A stretch of DNA of 52,833 bases, taken from the NCBI GenBank assembly GCA_023667385.1, contig JAMPAE010000001.1, forward strand, positions 1-52,833. The letters run 5' to 3'. Positions within the stretch are counted from its first letter, which is position 1; each line of letters opens with the position of its first letter. Shown here one piece after another: positions 34,842 through 45,400 of this stretch. A model generated the notes under the pieces. The model had not been told where the DNA came from. It searched no databases and saw nothing but the letters and a program-made list of their open reading frames with translations. Origin of the DNA: Ruminococcus sp. (GTDB taxonomy: Bacteria; Bacillota; Clostridia; Oscillospirales; Acutalibacteraceae). The translations under genes and the position numbers were made by a program.

Positions 34842-35351
34842 ATGGACAAGAAATCCACAGTCATCACTTTGGGGCTTTGTGAAATTCAGGTTGGCGAAGC
34901 CGCCCCCAACGGCACTATGCCCACCGCCCTTACAAAGATTGGCAAGACTTACAAAGACACCGCCAAGATTGCCCAAGATTCGTCCGATGTGACGGAACAT
35001 TATGAAGAGGGCAAAGCCGCCCCCGAAGTGCGCCGCAAGTCACGCAAGATTCCGACCTTGACATTCTCAATCATGGACCCGTCCGTTCAAGCACTGATTG
35101 ATTATGTCGGCGGTGAAGATGTCGGCACAGACGGCAAACCCGCTTGGGGTTACGATGGCAGCGAAGTTGTTGCCAATCGTGCAATCAGGGTCATAACCGA
35201 ACAAGGCTTTGACTTTGACATTCCCAACGGTGACATTGAAGCCGTTATCAACGCCGACCTTACCGCAAGCGGTATTTTCCTTGTTGATTTCACCGTCACC
35301 CCGATGGCGGTATCATCCGGCAAGGCATTGCGTGGCACACCCAAAGCGTAA
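34842..35351 (+). CDS. Major tail protein
   Basis: 169 aa, directly upstream of the chaperone pair and the tape measure gene. Confidence 0.6.
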   Translation: MDKKSTVITLGLCEIQVGEAAPNGTMPTALTKIGKTYKDTAKIAQDSSDVTEHYEEGKAAPEVRRKSRKIPTLTFSIMDPSVQALIDYVGGEDVGTDGKPAWGYDGSEVVANRAIRVITEQGFDFDIPNGDIEAVINADLTASGIFLVDFTVTPMAVSSGKALRGTPKA

Positions 35352-35442
35352 GCGGGGCGCACGGCAACCAATCATTCACACGCCCCCGGAGAGTGTCGGA
35401 AACGCACACTTTGGGGGCGTTTTACCAATCAGCACATAAAGC

Positions 35443-36015
35443 ATGGAAGAAACAAAGAAAACACCCCTTGAACAAGAAAAAGAAGAATTGAACGCCCTTA
35501 TCCGCAAGGGTGTGTCTTTTGAGGTCAAGGACGTTGAGGTTACAACCGCAAAGCGGTTTTTCGGTCTTATACGCCGCAAGCAGCTTGTGGAAGTGACACG
35601 CACGTTCACGATTGAAGAACCGACCCTTTCAACCCTTGACCGCCTTTCATCGGAATGGATTGAATTTGCCATTGATGAAGAAGCCTTGAAAAGCAACGAT
35701 GCGATGGTCAAGGCGCGGACATTCGCGCACAAGCATTCAATCCGATGCGCCCGAATTGTCGCCATCGCCGTTCTTGGGGTTGACCGTTTGAAATGCACTA
35801 TCAAAGGTGGTGTTCCGCATTACGTTGAGGACACCGAAAAACTTAACGCCATGACCGATTTGTTTGCGCGGACAATCAAACCGTCACGTTTGCATCAATT
35901 CGCCGTGTTGGTCAATTCTATGGCTAATTTGGGGGATTTTATGAACTCTATTCGATTGATGTCAACCGACCGAACCACAATGCCGATTCGGATAGAGGGA
36001 AGCAACGCGGGTTAA
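35443..36015 (+). CDS. Tail assembly chaperone (gpG-like)
   Basis: 190 aa, immediately upstream of the tape measure gene. A slippery heptamer lies near its 3' end. Confidence 0.65.
   Translation: MEETKKTPLEQEKEELNALIRKGVSFEVKDVEVTTAKRFFGLIRRKQLVEVTRTFTIEEPTLSTLDRLSSEWIEFAIDEEALKSNDAMVKARTFAHKHSIRCARIVAIAVLGVDRLKCTIKGGVPHYVEDTEKLNAMTDLFARTIKPSRLHQFAVLVNSMANLGDFMNSIRLMSTDRTTMPIRIEGSNAG
35928..35934 (+). other. Candidate -1 programmed frameshift site T_TTG_GGG
   Basis: It fits the X_XXY_YYZ pattern in the chaperone frame. The -1 frame opens exactly here, after a TAA at 35925..35927, and stays open to 36224. Confidence 0.55.
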
Positions 36016-36224
36016 ACAGTCCACACGGTCGCCGGGGCGCGTTGTGTGCGCATTTCGGTTGGACTTATGACTACTTGATTAACGGCATTGCATGGTCGCT
36101 TGTGGAAAGAATGATGATTGACGCACCGAGTTATGACACGGACGCAAATGGTGACGTTCAGGAAATCGCCCTTACCGAGAGCAACCAAGAACAAGTTTTG
36201 AATTTTGTTAATTCAATGATGTAG
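35928..36224 (+). CDS. -1 frame extension giving a gpGT-like chaperone fusion product
   Basis: A 99-codon open -1 frame overlaps the last 88 nt of the chaperone gene and ends 8 nt before the tape measure ATG. Confidence 0.5.
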   Translation, partial: FGGFYELYSIDVNRPNHNADSDRGKQRGLNSPHGRRGALCAHFGWTYDYLINGIAWSLVERMMIDAPSYDTDANGDVQEIALTESNQEQVLNFVNSMM

Positions 36225-36231
36225 AAAGAAC

Positions 36232-39200
36232 ATGGCAGAAATTGACGGCGGCGGTTTGTCCTTTACCTCACAATTGGACAACAGCCAATTAGATGCGGCG
36301 ATACAAGAAACGATGCGGCGGGTTCAAGGCTTGTCGGATGGCGTTGTTGGTGTCGGTGATTCCGTTGACAAGACGGTTGCCGAAATCGGCACGATGCTTG
36401 GCAAAATCGGCGAAGAATGCGAAAAGCAAGAAACCGCCATTTGGAAACTTGAAGATGAATTTGAAGCCTTAAAGCAACTTGCATCCCAAGAATGGGAAAA
36501 GAACGGATTTTCAGCCGAATATAAAGCACTAAAAGACAAGCAAAAGGCGATTCAAGGCGAAATCACCGTGCGCAAGCAGCTTTTAACCGAATTGCGGAAT
36601 CAGTCAAGCCAACTTGATGATGCCCGCGATGCGATGATTGCCGAAGCGAAAGCCACCCAAGAAAACGAAAAAAGCCAAACATCTTTGCGACAAAGATTGC
36701 GTGAATTGAAGATGGAAATGGTTGAACTTGAAGCCGCCGGACAACGCAACACCGCCCGTTATCGTGAAGTTGCCGCCGAAGCCGCCCGCCTGACCGATGC
36801 GTGGGGCGATGCACAAGCACAAGCCAACATCCTTGCAAACGATGATGCCGGATTCGCGGGTGTTTTGTCAGGTCTTACCGGGTTGACGGGTGGATTTTCA
36901 GCCGTTGCCGGAATGGTCGGCTTATTCGGGGAGCAAAACGAAGATTTGCAACAAATCATGTTAAAGACCCAATCAATTATGGCGATAACAAATGGTTTGA
37001 TGCAAGTGTCGCAAGCACTCAATAAGGATTCCGCGTTTATGCTTGGCACGGTCGGCAAGCTGAAAGAATGGTGGAACGGTCTTTTAGAGGTCGGGCGCAA
37101 TGCGCAAGCCGAAGAAACGACCGCCGTTGAAGCCAACACCCTTGCACAAGGGGAAAACGCGGCAACAATCGCCACAAACACCACCGCCGAAGAAGTCAAC
37201 ACCGCCGCGAATCAGGCAAATGCCGCCGCAAGAGGTAAAGCCACAACCGCCACAACCGCAAACACGGCGGTTCAAGGGGCGAACACCACCGCAATCGGGG
37301 CGCAAGCGGTCGCTGCAAAAGCCGGAACGGTGGCAAACATCGGTCTTGCCGGAGCATTCCGAATGGTCGGGGCGGCGATTAAGTCAATCCCGGTGTTCGG
37401 TTGGATTCTTGCCGGAATTTCCGCACTTATCGGTCTTTATTCACACTTTGCAAGCAAGGCATCAGAAGCCAAGAAAGCGCAAGAAGAATTTTCAAAAGCA
37501 CTTGTTGATGGTTGTTACAAGCCAATCGGCAAGATTGAAGAATTGTCAGTAGCGTGGACAGCTTTGGGCGATAACCTTGAAGCAAAGGAAGCCTTTGTGC
37601 GCAAAAACAAGGCATCCTTTGATGAATTGGGTATTTCCATTGACGGTGTGACCGCCGCCGAAAATGTCCTTGTCAACAACAAGCAAGCATTCATTGACGC
37701 ACAAATTGAAAAGGCAAAGGCACTTGCATACATTGAATTGGGCATGGCGAAATTAAAACAAGCCTTGCAAAATCGTGAAGATGCCGAAAATGTATCATTG
37801 AATTGGATTGAAAAGATATTTTCCTATGGTGGCGCGGGAGAAAAAATGTTGCGTGAAAAGCGAACCGAATTGACAAATGCCGCGTTGGGGTTGGAAGCTG
37901 AAATGCGTGAATACTTTGAAAGGGCGCGTCAAGCCGAAGCCAACGGCAATGAAATCTTGTCAAATGCCCTTATTGAAACGAATGAAGTTATTGCCGGGTC
38001 ACTTGGTGACCTTAACCAACAAATCGCCAACAAGCGGCAAGAATTGTTAAAATCCCTTGATGCCGAAACCTACAAAAAGGTTATGGGCGAAATTGAAGCC
38101 TTGCAAAAAAAAGCCGATGCCATCACGGGAACAACGACCACCCACCGAACAGGGGGCGGTGGCGGCGGTTCATCAACGACCAAAGACCCATTCTTGGAGA
38201 AGTTGCAAAAGCGCAAAACCGAATATCAACGGTTTATGAAATGGCTTAATTCCGGCGATGAAATCCTTGTGCAATCCGCGAATCAGGAATTTGCCACGTT
38301 GCTTCAAGAGGGGGCGACATATATTGATTACCTGAAAAGGCAGCGTGACCAAATCTTGGAAATTGACGTTGCAAACCGCACAAAGGCGCAAAACAAGCAA
38401 TTGCGCCAACTGAATGATGCCATCGCCGAAGAAACGAAACAAACCGTCCTTGAACAATTCAATCAAGAATTGTCCGAACAACTGACCAATGCCAAGTCGG
38501 TCATTGATATGCTCAATATCATTGAACGCCGCCGACAAGAACTTGCCAATGACGGCACGGAACTTGACAACGGCAAAAAGACCATCTTGGATGATGCCGA
38601 AAAGGACGCACGAAAGCAAGCAAGGGAACAAACCGAAGAATTGCTAAAAGAATATGCGTCTTATACCGATAAACGCCTTGAACTTGAAAGGGAGTTCAAC
38701 CGCGACATTGAAATGCTTAACCGCGCCCGTGCAGCCGCCACAACGGATGCAGACCGGGCAAGCATTGATGCAGCCATTGCCAACCGCCGCCGCAAATATC
38801 AGAACGACACCAAAGGCACGGGCGACACCGATTATGACGCACTAATTGAGCAATACCAAGGATATGAGCAAAAGCGGGCGACAATCGCCGGAAAATATGC
38901 CGAACAACGCCGTGTTGCCCTTGAACACAACGACAAAGAAATGCTTGCCCGAATTGCCGATGCCGAAGCAAATGAATTGGCAGACCTTTCAAATGAAATC
39001 GTTACCAAGTCAAGCGATTGGCAAATGCTTTTCGGCAACTTGGAGGGTCTGACAACATCAACCATCCAAAGACTTATCAAGAACATTGAAGCGCAAAAGA
39101 TTCAGTTTTCAGGCGAATTTAACCCCGCCGACTTGCAAGCCATCAATGAACAACTTGAAAAGGCGCGTGATGAAATCAACAGTCGCAACCCATTCAAGGC

Positions 39201-40701
39201 GTTGGGCAATGCCTTTTCGGAATTGCGCCGCCAAATGTCTGACAATGCCTTGTTGTCAAACGACAACGACCCGTTCTTGGCATCTCTGAAAGCCAAAGAA
39301 GCCGAATATCAACAATATCAAAAGTGGATTCAGTCCGGCGACAAAACTTTGGTGCAAGGGTCGCAAGATGCCTTTGCCGGGTTGCTTTCGCAAGGCGGCA
39401 ATTACCTTGATTTCCTGAAAAGGAAGAAGCAAGAATTGCAAGGCAAGATTGACATGGGCGTTGATGTCGGCAATTCAATGCAAGTGATTGACGCACTTAT
39501 TCGCAAGGTTGAATCCGGCAAATCGGCGGGCGACATGATGAAAGAAGCGTTGAAAGACGTGTTTTCAAATGTCGGTTCAACACTTTCCCTTGTTTCCGGC
39601 ACATTCAATTCGGTTGTGTCCGGCATGGAAAAGATGGGCATTGCGATGGATGAGGAAACACAAGCGATTCTTGGCGACATCGGCGGCATTTTAGAGGGCG
39701 CACAACAAGCCGCCGAGGGCATTGCGTCCGGCAATCCCCTTGCCGTGATTCAAGGGTCAATTTCCCTTATATCATCGGCGGTTGATTTGTTTGACAGCCG
39801 AAGCCGTAAGGCAGAAAAGGCAATCAAACGTCACAAAGAGCAACTTACAAAGTTGCAGAATGTTTACAAGCAACTTGAATGGCAAATTGACAAGGCTTTG
39901 GGTCTTGATGAATATGAAGCATCAATGAAAGCAATTCAGAATATGCGCAAGCAACAGCAAGAATTGCTTGGAATGATAAATGCCGAAAAATCCAAGAAAG
40001 GCAAAAAGTCCGATGCAAGTAAGATTGAGGAATACACCGAACAAATCCGCGAACTTGACCGCGCCATTGAAGATATGTATGATGAAATTTCAAAAAACAT
40101 CTTACAGACCGATGCCAAAAGTTTTAGTGATTCTTTAAGTGAATCCCTTGTAAGTGCATTTGAAAAGGGCGAAGATGCCGCCAAAGCCTTTGAAGAAACG
40201 GTCAACGATGTTTTGAAAAATGCCATCGTGAATCAGTTGAAGAAAAAATTCCTTGAACAACAACTTCAAGGCGCACTTGATAACCTTGAAAGTTCAATGG
40301 GTTATTGGAACGGCGATGATTTCATCTTTGACGGATTGACCGATTCGGAAATTGAAGCATTCAAACGCAAGGTTCAAGCAGCCGCCAACAACTTCAATCA
40401 GGCGTTGGGCATTTATTCGGACTTGTTCAAAGACCTTACCGATGAAGAAGATTCCGACACATCTTTGACCGGGGCGGTCAAGGGTGTTTCAGAGGAAACC
40501 GCGTCACTTGTCGCCGGACAAATGAATGCAATCCGAATCAACCAACTTGAAATCAAAGACACGTTGCGCCAACAACTTCTTGTCCTGAATCAAATTGCCG
40601 CGAACACGGCATTCAATAAACATCTTGCAAAGATTGACCAAATCATCACGATTCTTGAATCAAATGGGGGCAATTCTTTGCGTTCACAAGGCTTAATTTA
40701 A
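36232..40701 (+). CDS. Tail tape measure protein
   Basis: 1489 aa, highly helical, Ala/Gln/Glu-rich. It has a central hydrophobic segment and a poly-Gly stretch. Confidence 0.85.
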   Translation: MAEIDGGGLSFTSQLDNSQLDAAIQETMRRVQGLSDGVVGVGDSVDKTVAEIGTMLGKIGEECEKQETAIWKLEDEFEALKQLASQEWEKNGFSAEYKALKDKQKAIQGEITVRKQLLTELRNQSSQLDDARDAMIAEAKATQENEKSQTSLRQRLRELKMEMVELEAAGQRNTARYREVAAEAARLTDAWGDAQAQANILANDDAGFAGVLSGLTGLTGGFSAVAGMVGLFGEQNEDLQQIMLKTQSIMAITNGLMQVSQALNKDSAFMLGTVGKLKEWWNGLLEVGRNAQAEETTAVEANTLAQGENAATIATNTTAEEVNTAANQANAAARGKATTATTANTAVQGANTTAIGAQAVAAKAGTVANIGLAGAFRMVGAAIKSIPVFGWILAGISALIGLYSHFASKASEAKKAQEEFSKALVDGCYKPIGKIEELSVAWTALGDNLEAKEAFVRKNKASFDELGISIDGVTAAENVLVNNKQAFIDAQIEKAKALAYIELGMAKLKQALQNREDAENVSLNWIEKIFSYGGAGEKMLREKRTELTNAALGLEAEMREYFERARQAEANGNEILSNALIETNEVIAGSLGDLNQQIANKRQELLKSLDAETYKKVMGEIEALQKKADAITGTTTTHRTGGGGGGSSTTKDPFLEKLQKRKTEYQRFMKWLNSGDEILVQSANQEFATLLQEGATYIDYLKRQRDQILEIDVANRTKAQNKQLRQLNDAIAEETKQTVLEQFNQELSEQLTNAKSVIDMLNIIERRRQELANDGTELDNGKKTILDDAEKDARKQAREQTEELLKEYASYTDKRLELEREFNRDIEMLNRARAAATTDADRASIDAAIANRRRKYQNDTKGTGDTDYDALIEQYQGYEQKRATIAGKYAEQRRVALEHNDKEMLARIADAEANELADLSNEIVTKSSDWQMLFGNLEGLTTSTIQRLIKNIEAQKIQFSGEFNPADLQAINEQLEKARDEINSRNPFKALGNAFSELRRQMSDNALLSNDNDPFLASLKAKEAEYQQYQKWIQSGDKTLVQGSQDAFAGLLSQGGNYLDFLKRKKQELQGKIDMGVDVGNSMQVIDALIRKVESGKSAGDMMKEALKDVFSNVGSTLSLVSGTFNSVVSGMEKMGIAMDEETQAILGDIGGILEGAQQAAEGIASGNPLAVIQGSISLISSAVDLFDSRSRKAEKAIKRHKEQLTKLQNVYKQLEWQIDKALGLDEYEASMKAIQNMRKQQQELLGMINAEKSKKGKKSDASKIEEYTEQIRELDRAIEDMYDEISKNILQTDAKSFSDSLSESLVSAFEKGEDAAKAFEETVNDVLKNAIVNQLKKKFLEQQLQGALDNLESSMGYWNGDDFIFDGLTDSEIEAFKRKVQAAANNFNQALGIYSDLFKDLTDEEDSDTSLTGAVKGVSEETASLVAGQMNAIRINQLEIKDTLRQQLLVLNQIAANTAFNKHLAKIDQIITILESNGGNSLRSQGLI

Positions 40702-40706
40702 CAACA

Positions 40707-41222
40707 ATGAATAATCTTATCAAAACGCTTGCAAAGCAAGCCAAACGCAACGGAATTTGCGAACAATGGCTTTCAGAATTGAAAACCCTTGAAGATAGAC
40801 GCGAGTTGGTCAAAATGTACTTGCGCGGCATTGATTTTTGCTTGCGCAACAACTATCCGTCAAATGAGTTTATCAAGGAACATTTCGGCGATATATGCCC
40901 CGAAATGGGCGTGTTCGTTGATAAGCACATTAACGTGTCTAATGTCCGTCCGTGCGTTTGTCTTGGCGTGACATTCGGCAAATATGAAATCACCGAATAT
41001 TCGGCGGGCGAACTGTATGTGAAGCACAACGCCGAAATTGACGTGACCGCAAAAGACAATGCCTTTTTGATGATAAGCGTATTTGACAACGCCATCATCA
41101 ACATTCACGCACACGACCGGGCAAAGGTGTGTGTGAACCGCTTTGGTGGAAAGGTCAACATCATTGAAAACGACTTTGACGCAATGGTCAAGGTCAATGA
41201 ACGTAACCCAAACGAGTTTTAA
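40707..41222 (+). CDS. Hypothetical tail-associated protein
   Basis: 171-aa ORF between the tape measure and Dit-like genes. Confidence 0.4.
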   Translation: MNNLIKTLAKQAKRNGICEQWLSELKTLEDRRELVKMYLRGIDFCLRNNYPSNEFIKEHFGDICPEMGVFVDKHINVSNVRPCVCLGVTFGKYEITEYSAGELYVKHNAEIDVTAKDNAFLMISVFDNAIINIHAHDRAKVCVNRFGGKVNIIENDFDAMVKVNERNPNEF

Positions 41223-41225
41223 CGT

Positions 41226-42431
41226 ATGAACACCGAAAACATCATCTTTCAAATGCCCTTTGATGAGAGTGACGGAGCGTTGACCGCTTACGACTATTCT
41301 TCAAACCGTGCCGATGGCGTGGTTGACGGGGCGCACTTTGTACCCGGAAAGAACGGCAATGCCATTTCCTTTTCGGGGAACGACACTTGCGAGGTGTCAA
41401 AAAGCATCTTGCCCAATCTTGGGGTTGACTTCACGATTCTTGCGTGGGTGCAGCCAAAGGAACGAACCGCCGGGTCGCCGTCAAAGCTGATTTGGCTTGT
41501 CAACTTTGATGGTCTTGAAAACTTCATTGAATTTGACTTTGAAGCAAAGCCGGGTTCATGGTATTCACTTGCACTTGTCAAGCGTGGCACGACATATAAC
41601 TTTTATGTCAATTCAACGCTTCTTAAAGCCGTGACAAAAGCCGGAACACCCATTGGCATTTCCCTTAACCAAGATTGTTATTCCGGCGACTATGGCTTTG
41701 GACTTCTTGATGATGTCAAGATGTTCAATGTCGCCCTTTCGCAATCCGACCTTATGGATGAGGTTTCAAACGTCAAAAACATCACATATTCGGTTGATGG
41801 CGTTGACTTCAAGACGTGGGGTGTGTACGTTTCAGGGTCGGAGGGCATTTTGAACCGTCCGAAGCTGAAAGCCTTGACATCGCTTTCGTGGGATAATTAC
41901 CACGGAGAATCCGTTGACCTGATGCACAAGTTTTATGAACCGCGTGAAATCACTTTGTCTTGCTTCATTAAGGCAGACACGAAGATTGATTTCATCACAC
42001 GTCTTGCCGAATTTGAACGGCAGTTTGACAAGGTGGGAACACAACGCCTTGTCATTGACGTTCACCCGGTCAAACCCCTTGTTTACGAGGTTTATTGCAA
42101 GGATGCAATTGAAGTGACAAAGGAATGGAACGATGAATTGATGGTCGGCACATTCAAGTTGAAATTGGTTGAACCCGAACCCGTCAAGCGTATGTTGAAA
42201 CACATTCGCGTGGGCGAATCCACAAAGCGTTGCACAATCACACTTTCAACCCGTAAATATGTCAACATCTATTGGGGTGACGGCACGGTTGATTATGACG
42301 TGTGTGGCGAGAAAAAGACTATAACACACGATTTTACAACCAATGGGGATTTTTTTTCCCTTATCACAGGTTGCATTGATGAAATCACCGACTTTGAAAC
42401 GAATGCCATTGTGGTATGGAACAAATTATAA
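41226..42431 (+). CDS. Distal tail protein (Dit-like) with an N-terminal LamG/concanavalin-like domain
   Basis: GKNGNAISFSGNDTCEVS...WYSLALVKRGTTYNFYVNSTLL...LLDDVKMFNVALS is a laminin-G-like pattern. The C-terminal half sits in the Dit position. Confidence 0.5.
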   Translation: MNTENIIFQMPFDESDGALTAYDYSSNRADGVVDGAHFVPGKNGNAISFSGNDTCEVSKSILPNLGVDFTILAWVQPKERTAGSPSKLIWLVNFDGLENFIEFDFEAKPGSWYSLALVKRGTTYNFYVNSTLLKAVTKAGTPIGISLNQDCYSGDYGFGLLDDVKMFNVALSQSDLMDEVSNVKNITYSVDGVDFKTWGVYVSGSEGILNRPKLKALTSLSWDNYHGESVDLMHKFYEPREITLSCFIKADTKIDFITRLAEFERQFDKVGTQRLVIDVHPVKPLVYEVYCKDAIEVTKEWNDELMVGTFKLKLVEPEPVKRMLKHIRVGESTKRCTITLSTRKYVNIYWGDGTVDYDVCGEKKTITHDFTTNGDFFSLITGCIDEITDFETNAIVVWNKL

Positions 42432-45400
42432 TAACAAAGCCAAACGGAAACCGTGTGCCGATGCAATCCCGGCGCACGGCAACCGATGTCACCGCCGCAA
42501 AGCAATCTTGGGTGCTTAATGGCGATGATACGGTTGACATCACCGTGAAATCCCCCTTTCGGCAGACATACGACATCGGCGACAAAATAACCATATTCGG
42601 GCGCGATTACACCCTTAACCGATTATCCAAACCCAAGAAAACCGGGATGCACGAATTTGAATATTCGTTGCAGTTTGAGGGGGTGCAATACGACCTTTTG
42701 CGGGCAAGTTATGACGTGACCATTGACACCACCAACAACGAATTGCAAGACGTTCAAGGCGATTCCTTGACGGGCGATTTGCGGCGGTTCTTGACCGTTC
42801 TTGTCGCCAATGCAAACCGCGTGTTCCCCGGCAAATGGGCGTTGGGCGTGTGTCCTGAAACGAAAAGCGACATCACAAAGACTTTCGGCGAATCAGATAA
42901 TTGCCTTTCGGTGCTTCAAAGCATCTTGGGGGAATTTGATGAATCGTATTTCTTTGACATCCAAACAATCGGTGGTGTTTACACCATCAACATAAGGTCA
43001 ACATCGCAAACCTTGCCGTTTACCCTTGAATTTGGCAAGGGTAACGGACTTTATATGTTGAGCCGCGACAATGTTTCATCCTCAAACATCGTGACCCGCC
43101 TTAAAGTCTATGGCAGCGCATCAAACATCACGTCAAAATATCGTGCCGACCGCCTTTGTTTACCGGGAAAGACAAAGGGGCAATCATACATTGAGGATGC
43201 CCAAGCGGTGGCGCGTTACGGCATCTTTGAGGGGCGCAAGCATTTTGACAACATCAAACCGACATTCACGGGTCACGTTCAGGCGGTCGGGGATTCCGTG
43301 TGTGAATTTATAGACCCCACGATTTCTTTTGACCTTAACGCCGTTGAAGCCGATGGCAAAACAACCGTCTATTTGATTGACGGTGTTTCCGCAAAGGTGC
43401 ATTTCAATTCGGGCAACCTTGCCGGATATGAATTTGAAATCGCCAAATATGACCATGCCACACACAAGGTCACATTGCGCAAATTCACTGATGACCGGGG
43501 CGATGTCTTTCCGTCCGAAACATCGGCGGCATTTCAATTCAGGGCAAGCGATGGCACATATTCGGGCGATGAATACAAGATTGTTGACATTGCCTTGCCG
43601 CAAGAACTTGTTGACAAAGCCGAAGCCGAACTTTTGGAAGCGGGGCAAAAGTATTATGAGCAAAACAGCCAACCCAAAGTGCAGTATTCTTTGAGTGTCA
43701 CAAAGGCATTCATTGAAAAGAACTTTGCCACCGATGCCGGGGTTGTCAACGTCTTTGTTCCGGGCGATTATGTGCGTGTTAAGGATGATGATATTGGCGT
43801 TGACAAAGCCGTGCGCATCAAGTCAATCACACGCAACGTCCTTGACCCTTACGATTATTCGCTTAACCTTTCGGACACGGTGACAACCACCGTGACCAAC
43901 CGTGTGTTGTCTGACCTGATAGACATTGACAAGATTATTGAAATCAACAATCTTAAAGACCCCGCCCGCGCCCGCGCAAATTGGCGGTCAAGTCGTGAAG
44001 TTCTTGACATGGTATTTGACCCGGAGGGGGATTATTACACCGATAAAATCAAGCCAAATTCCATTGATACCCTTGCTTTGTCGGTCGGGGCAAAGTCAAT
44101 GCAATTCGGATTGACAAACACGGTCTTTCAACCCAATTACAACGGCAACCCCAAGTTAATGAGGTGGCAAGGCGGCGTGTTGACCCATTACACCATCAAT
44201 GAAGATTCGGCGGTGTCTTGGGTTCTTGGAGATGGTCAAATCACATTGTCGCCCGATTCACAACCGTTTTACATTTATGCACGTTGTCACCGTGTATCAT
44301 CAGCCGGACAAATCGCTATAACAACACGTCAATATCGCGTTGATGAAGACCCCAATTATTATTGGTTTTGGATTGGCGTTATAAATTCGGTTGACCCCGA
44401 CATCAAGGCACGTTCAATCGCCTTGACTTATGGGTTCACGATGATAAACGGGCGGTTCATCAAGACCGGGCGCATTGAATCAGCCGATGGCGAAACATAC
44501 TTTGATTTGGACAATTCCGAAATCGGCGGTCGCATCGTGTTCAATTCCAACGGTCAGGAAAAGACCCTTGAAGAATTGGGGCAAGAAGCACTTGAAAGCA
44601 AGGATTTCATCAATAACACCTTGCCGGGGTTGTTGTCTGAATTGCAATCGCAACTTGACGGTGTTGTGGAACAATGGTTTTATTCCGTTGACCCGTTGCC
44701 CCTTAACACCGCCCCGCAAGCCACCGCCAATGAACCCGCAAGCGATTGGACAACAAGTGAAGATAAAGAAAAACATCTTGGCGACTTGTATTATAACACC
44801 GAAACGGGCAAGGTTTGGCGATATGTGAAGATTCTATGGTCGCCCGCACCGAACTATGCCCGCGCAACTCGCTATGTGTGGAAAGAACTTGAAGATACCG
44901 AATTGGCACAAGCATTGGCATTGGCGCAAGATGCCCTTGATGCAGCCAACACAAAGGCACGAATCTTTGTTGACACCCCTTATCCCCCTTATTCGGTCGG
45001 CGACTTATGGGTGCAAGGCGCAAGCGGCGACATATACCGATGCAAGACCGCCCGCGATTCAGGTTCTTTCACGTCAAGCGATTGGGAAAAGGCTTCAAAA
45101 TACACCGATGATTCGGCGTTGAATGCGTTTATCAACAATAACTTTGCCAACACCGTGTCAAACCTTGAAACACAAATTGATGGCAAAGTTGAAACGTGGT
45201 TTCAGGTATCAGACCCGGCGACATCATGGACAACTAATGAATTAAAACAAATCCATGTCGGGGATATGTGGTATAATACTAATACAAAGGAATTAAAGTA
45301 TTACAAGCGTTTAACCAACAACCAACCTTATACGTTTGGATGGCAACTTGTTGAGGATGCCAAAGCCATTGCAGCTTATGAAGCGGCATCACAAGCACAA

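Noticed and set aside
37100-37552. 150-aa Pro/Lys-rich ORF and other alternative-frame ORFs inside the tape measure gene
   Set aside because: They lie inside a continuous 1489-aa ORF with typical tape-measure composition and are frame artefacts of Ala/Gln/Glu-rich coding sequence.
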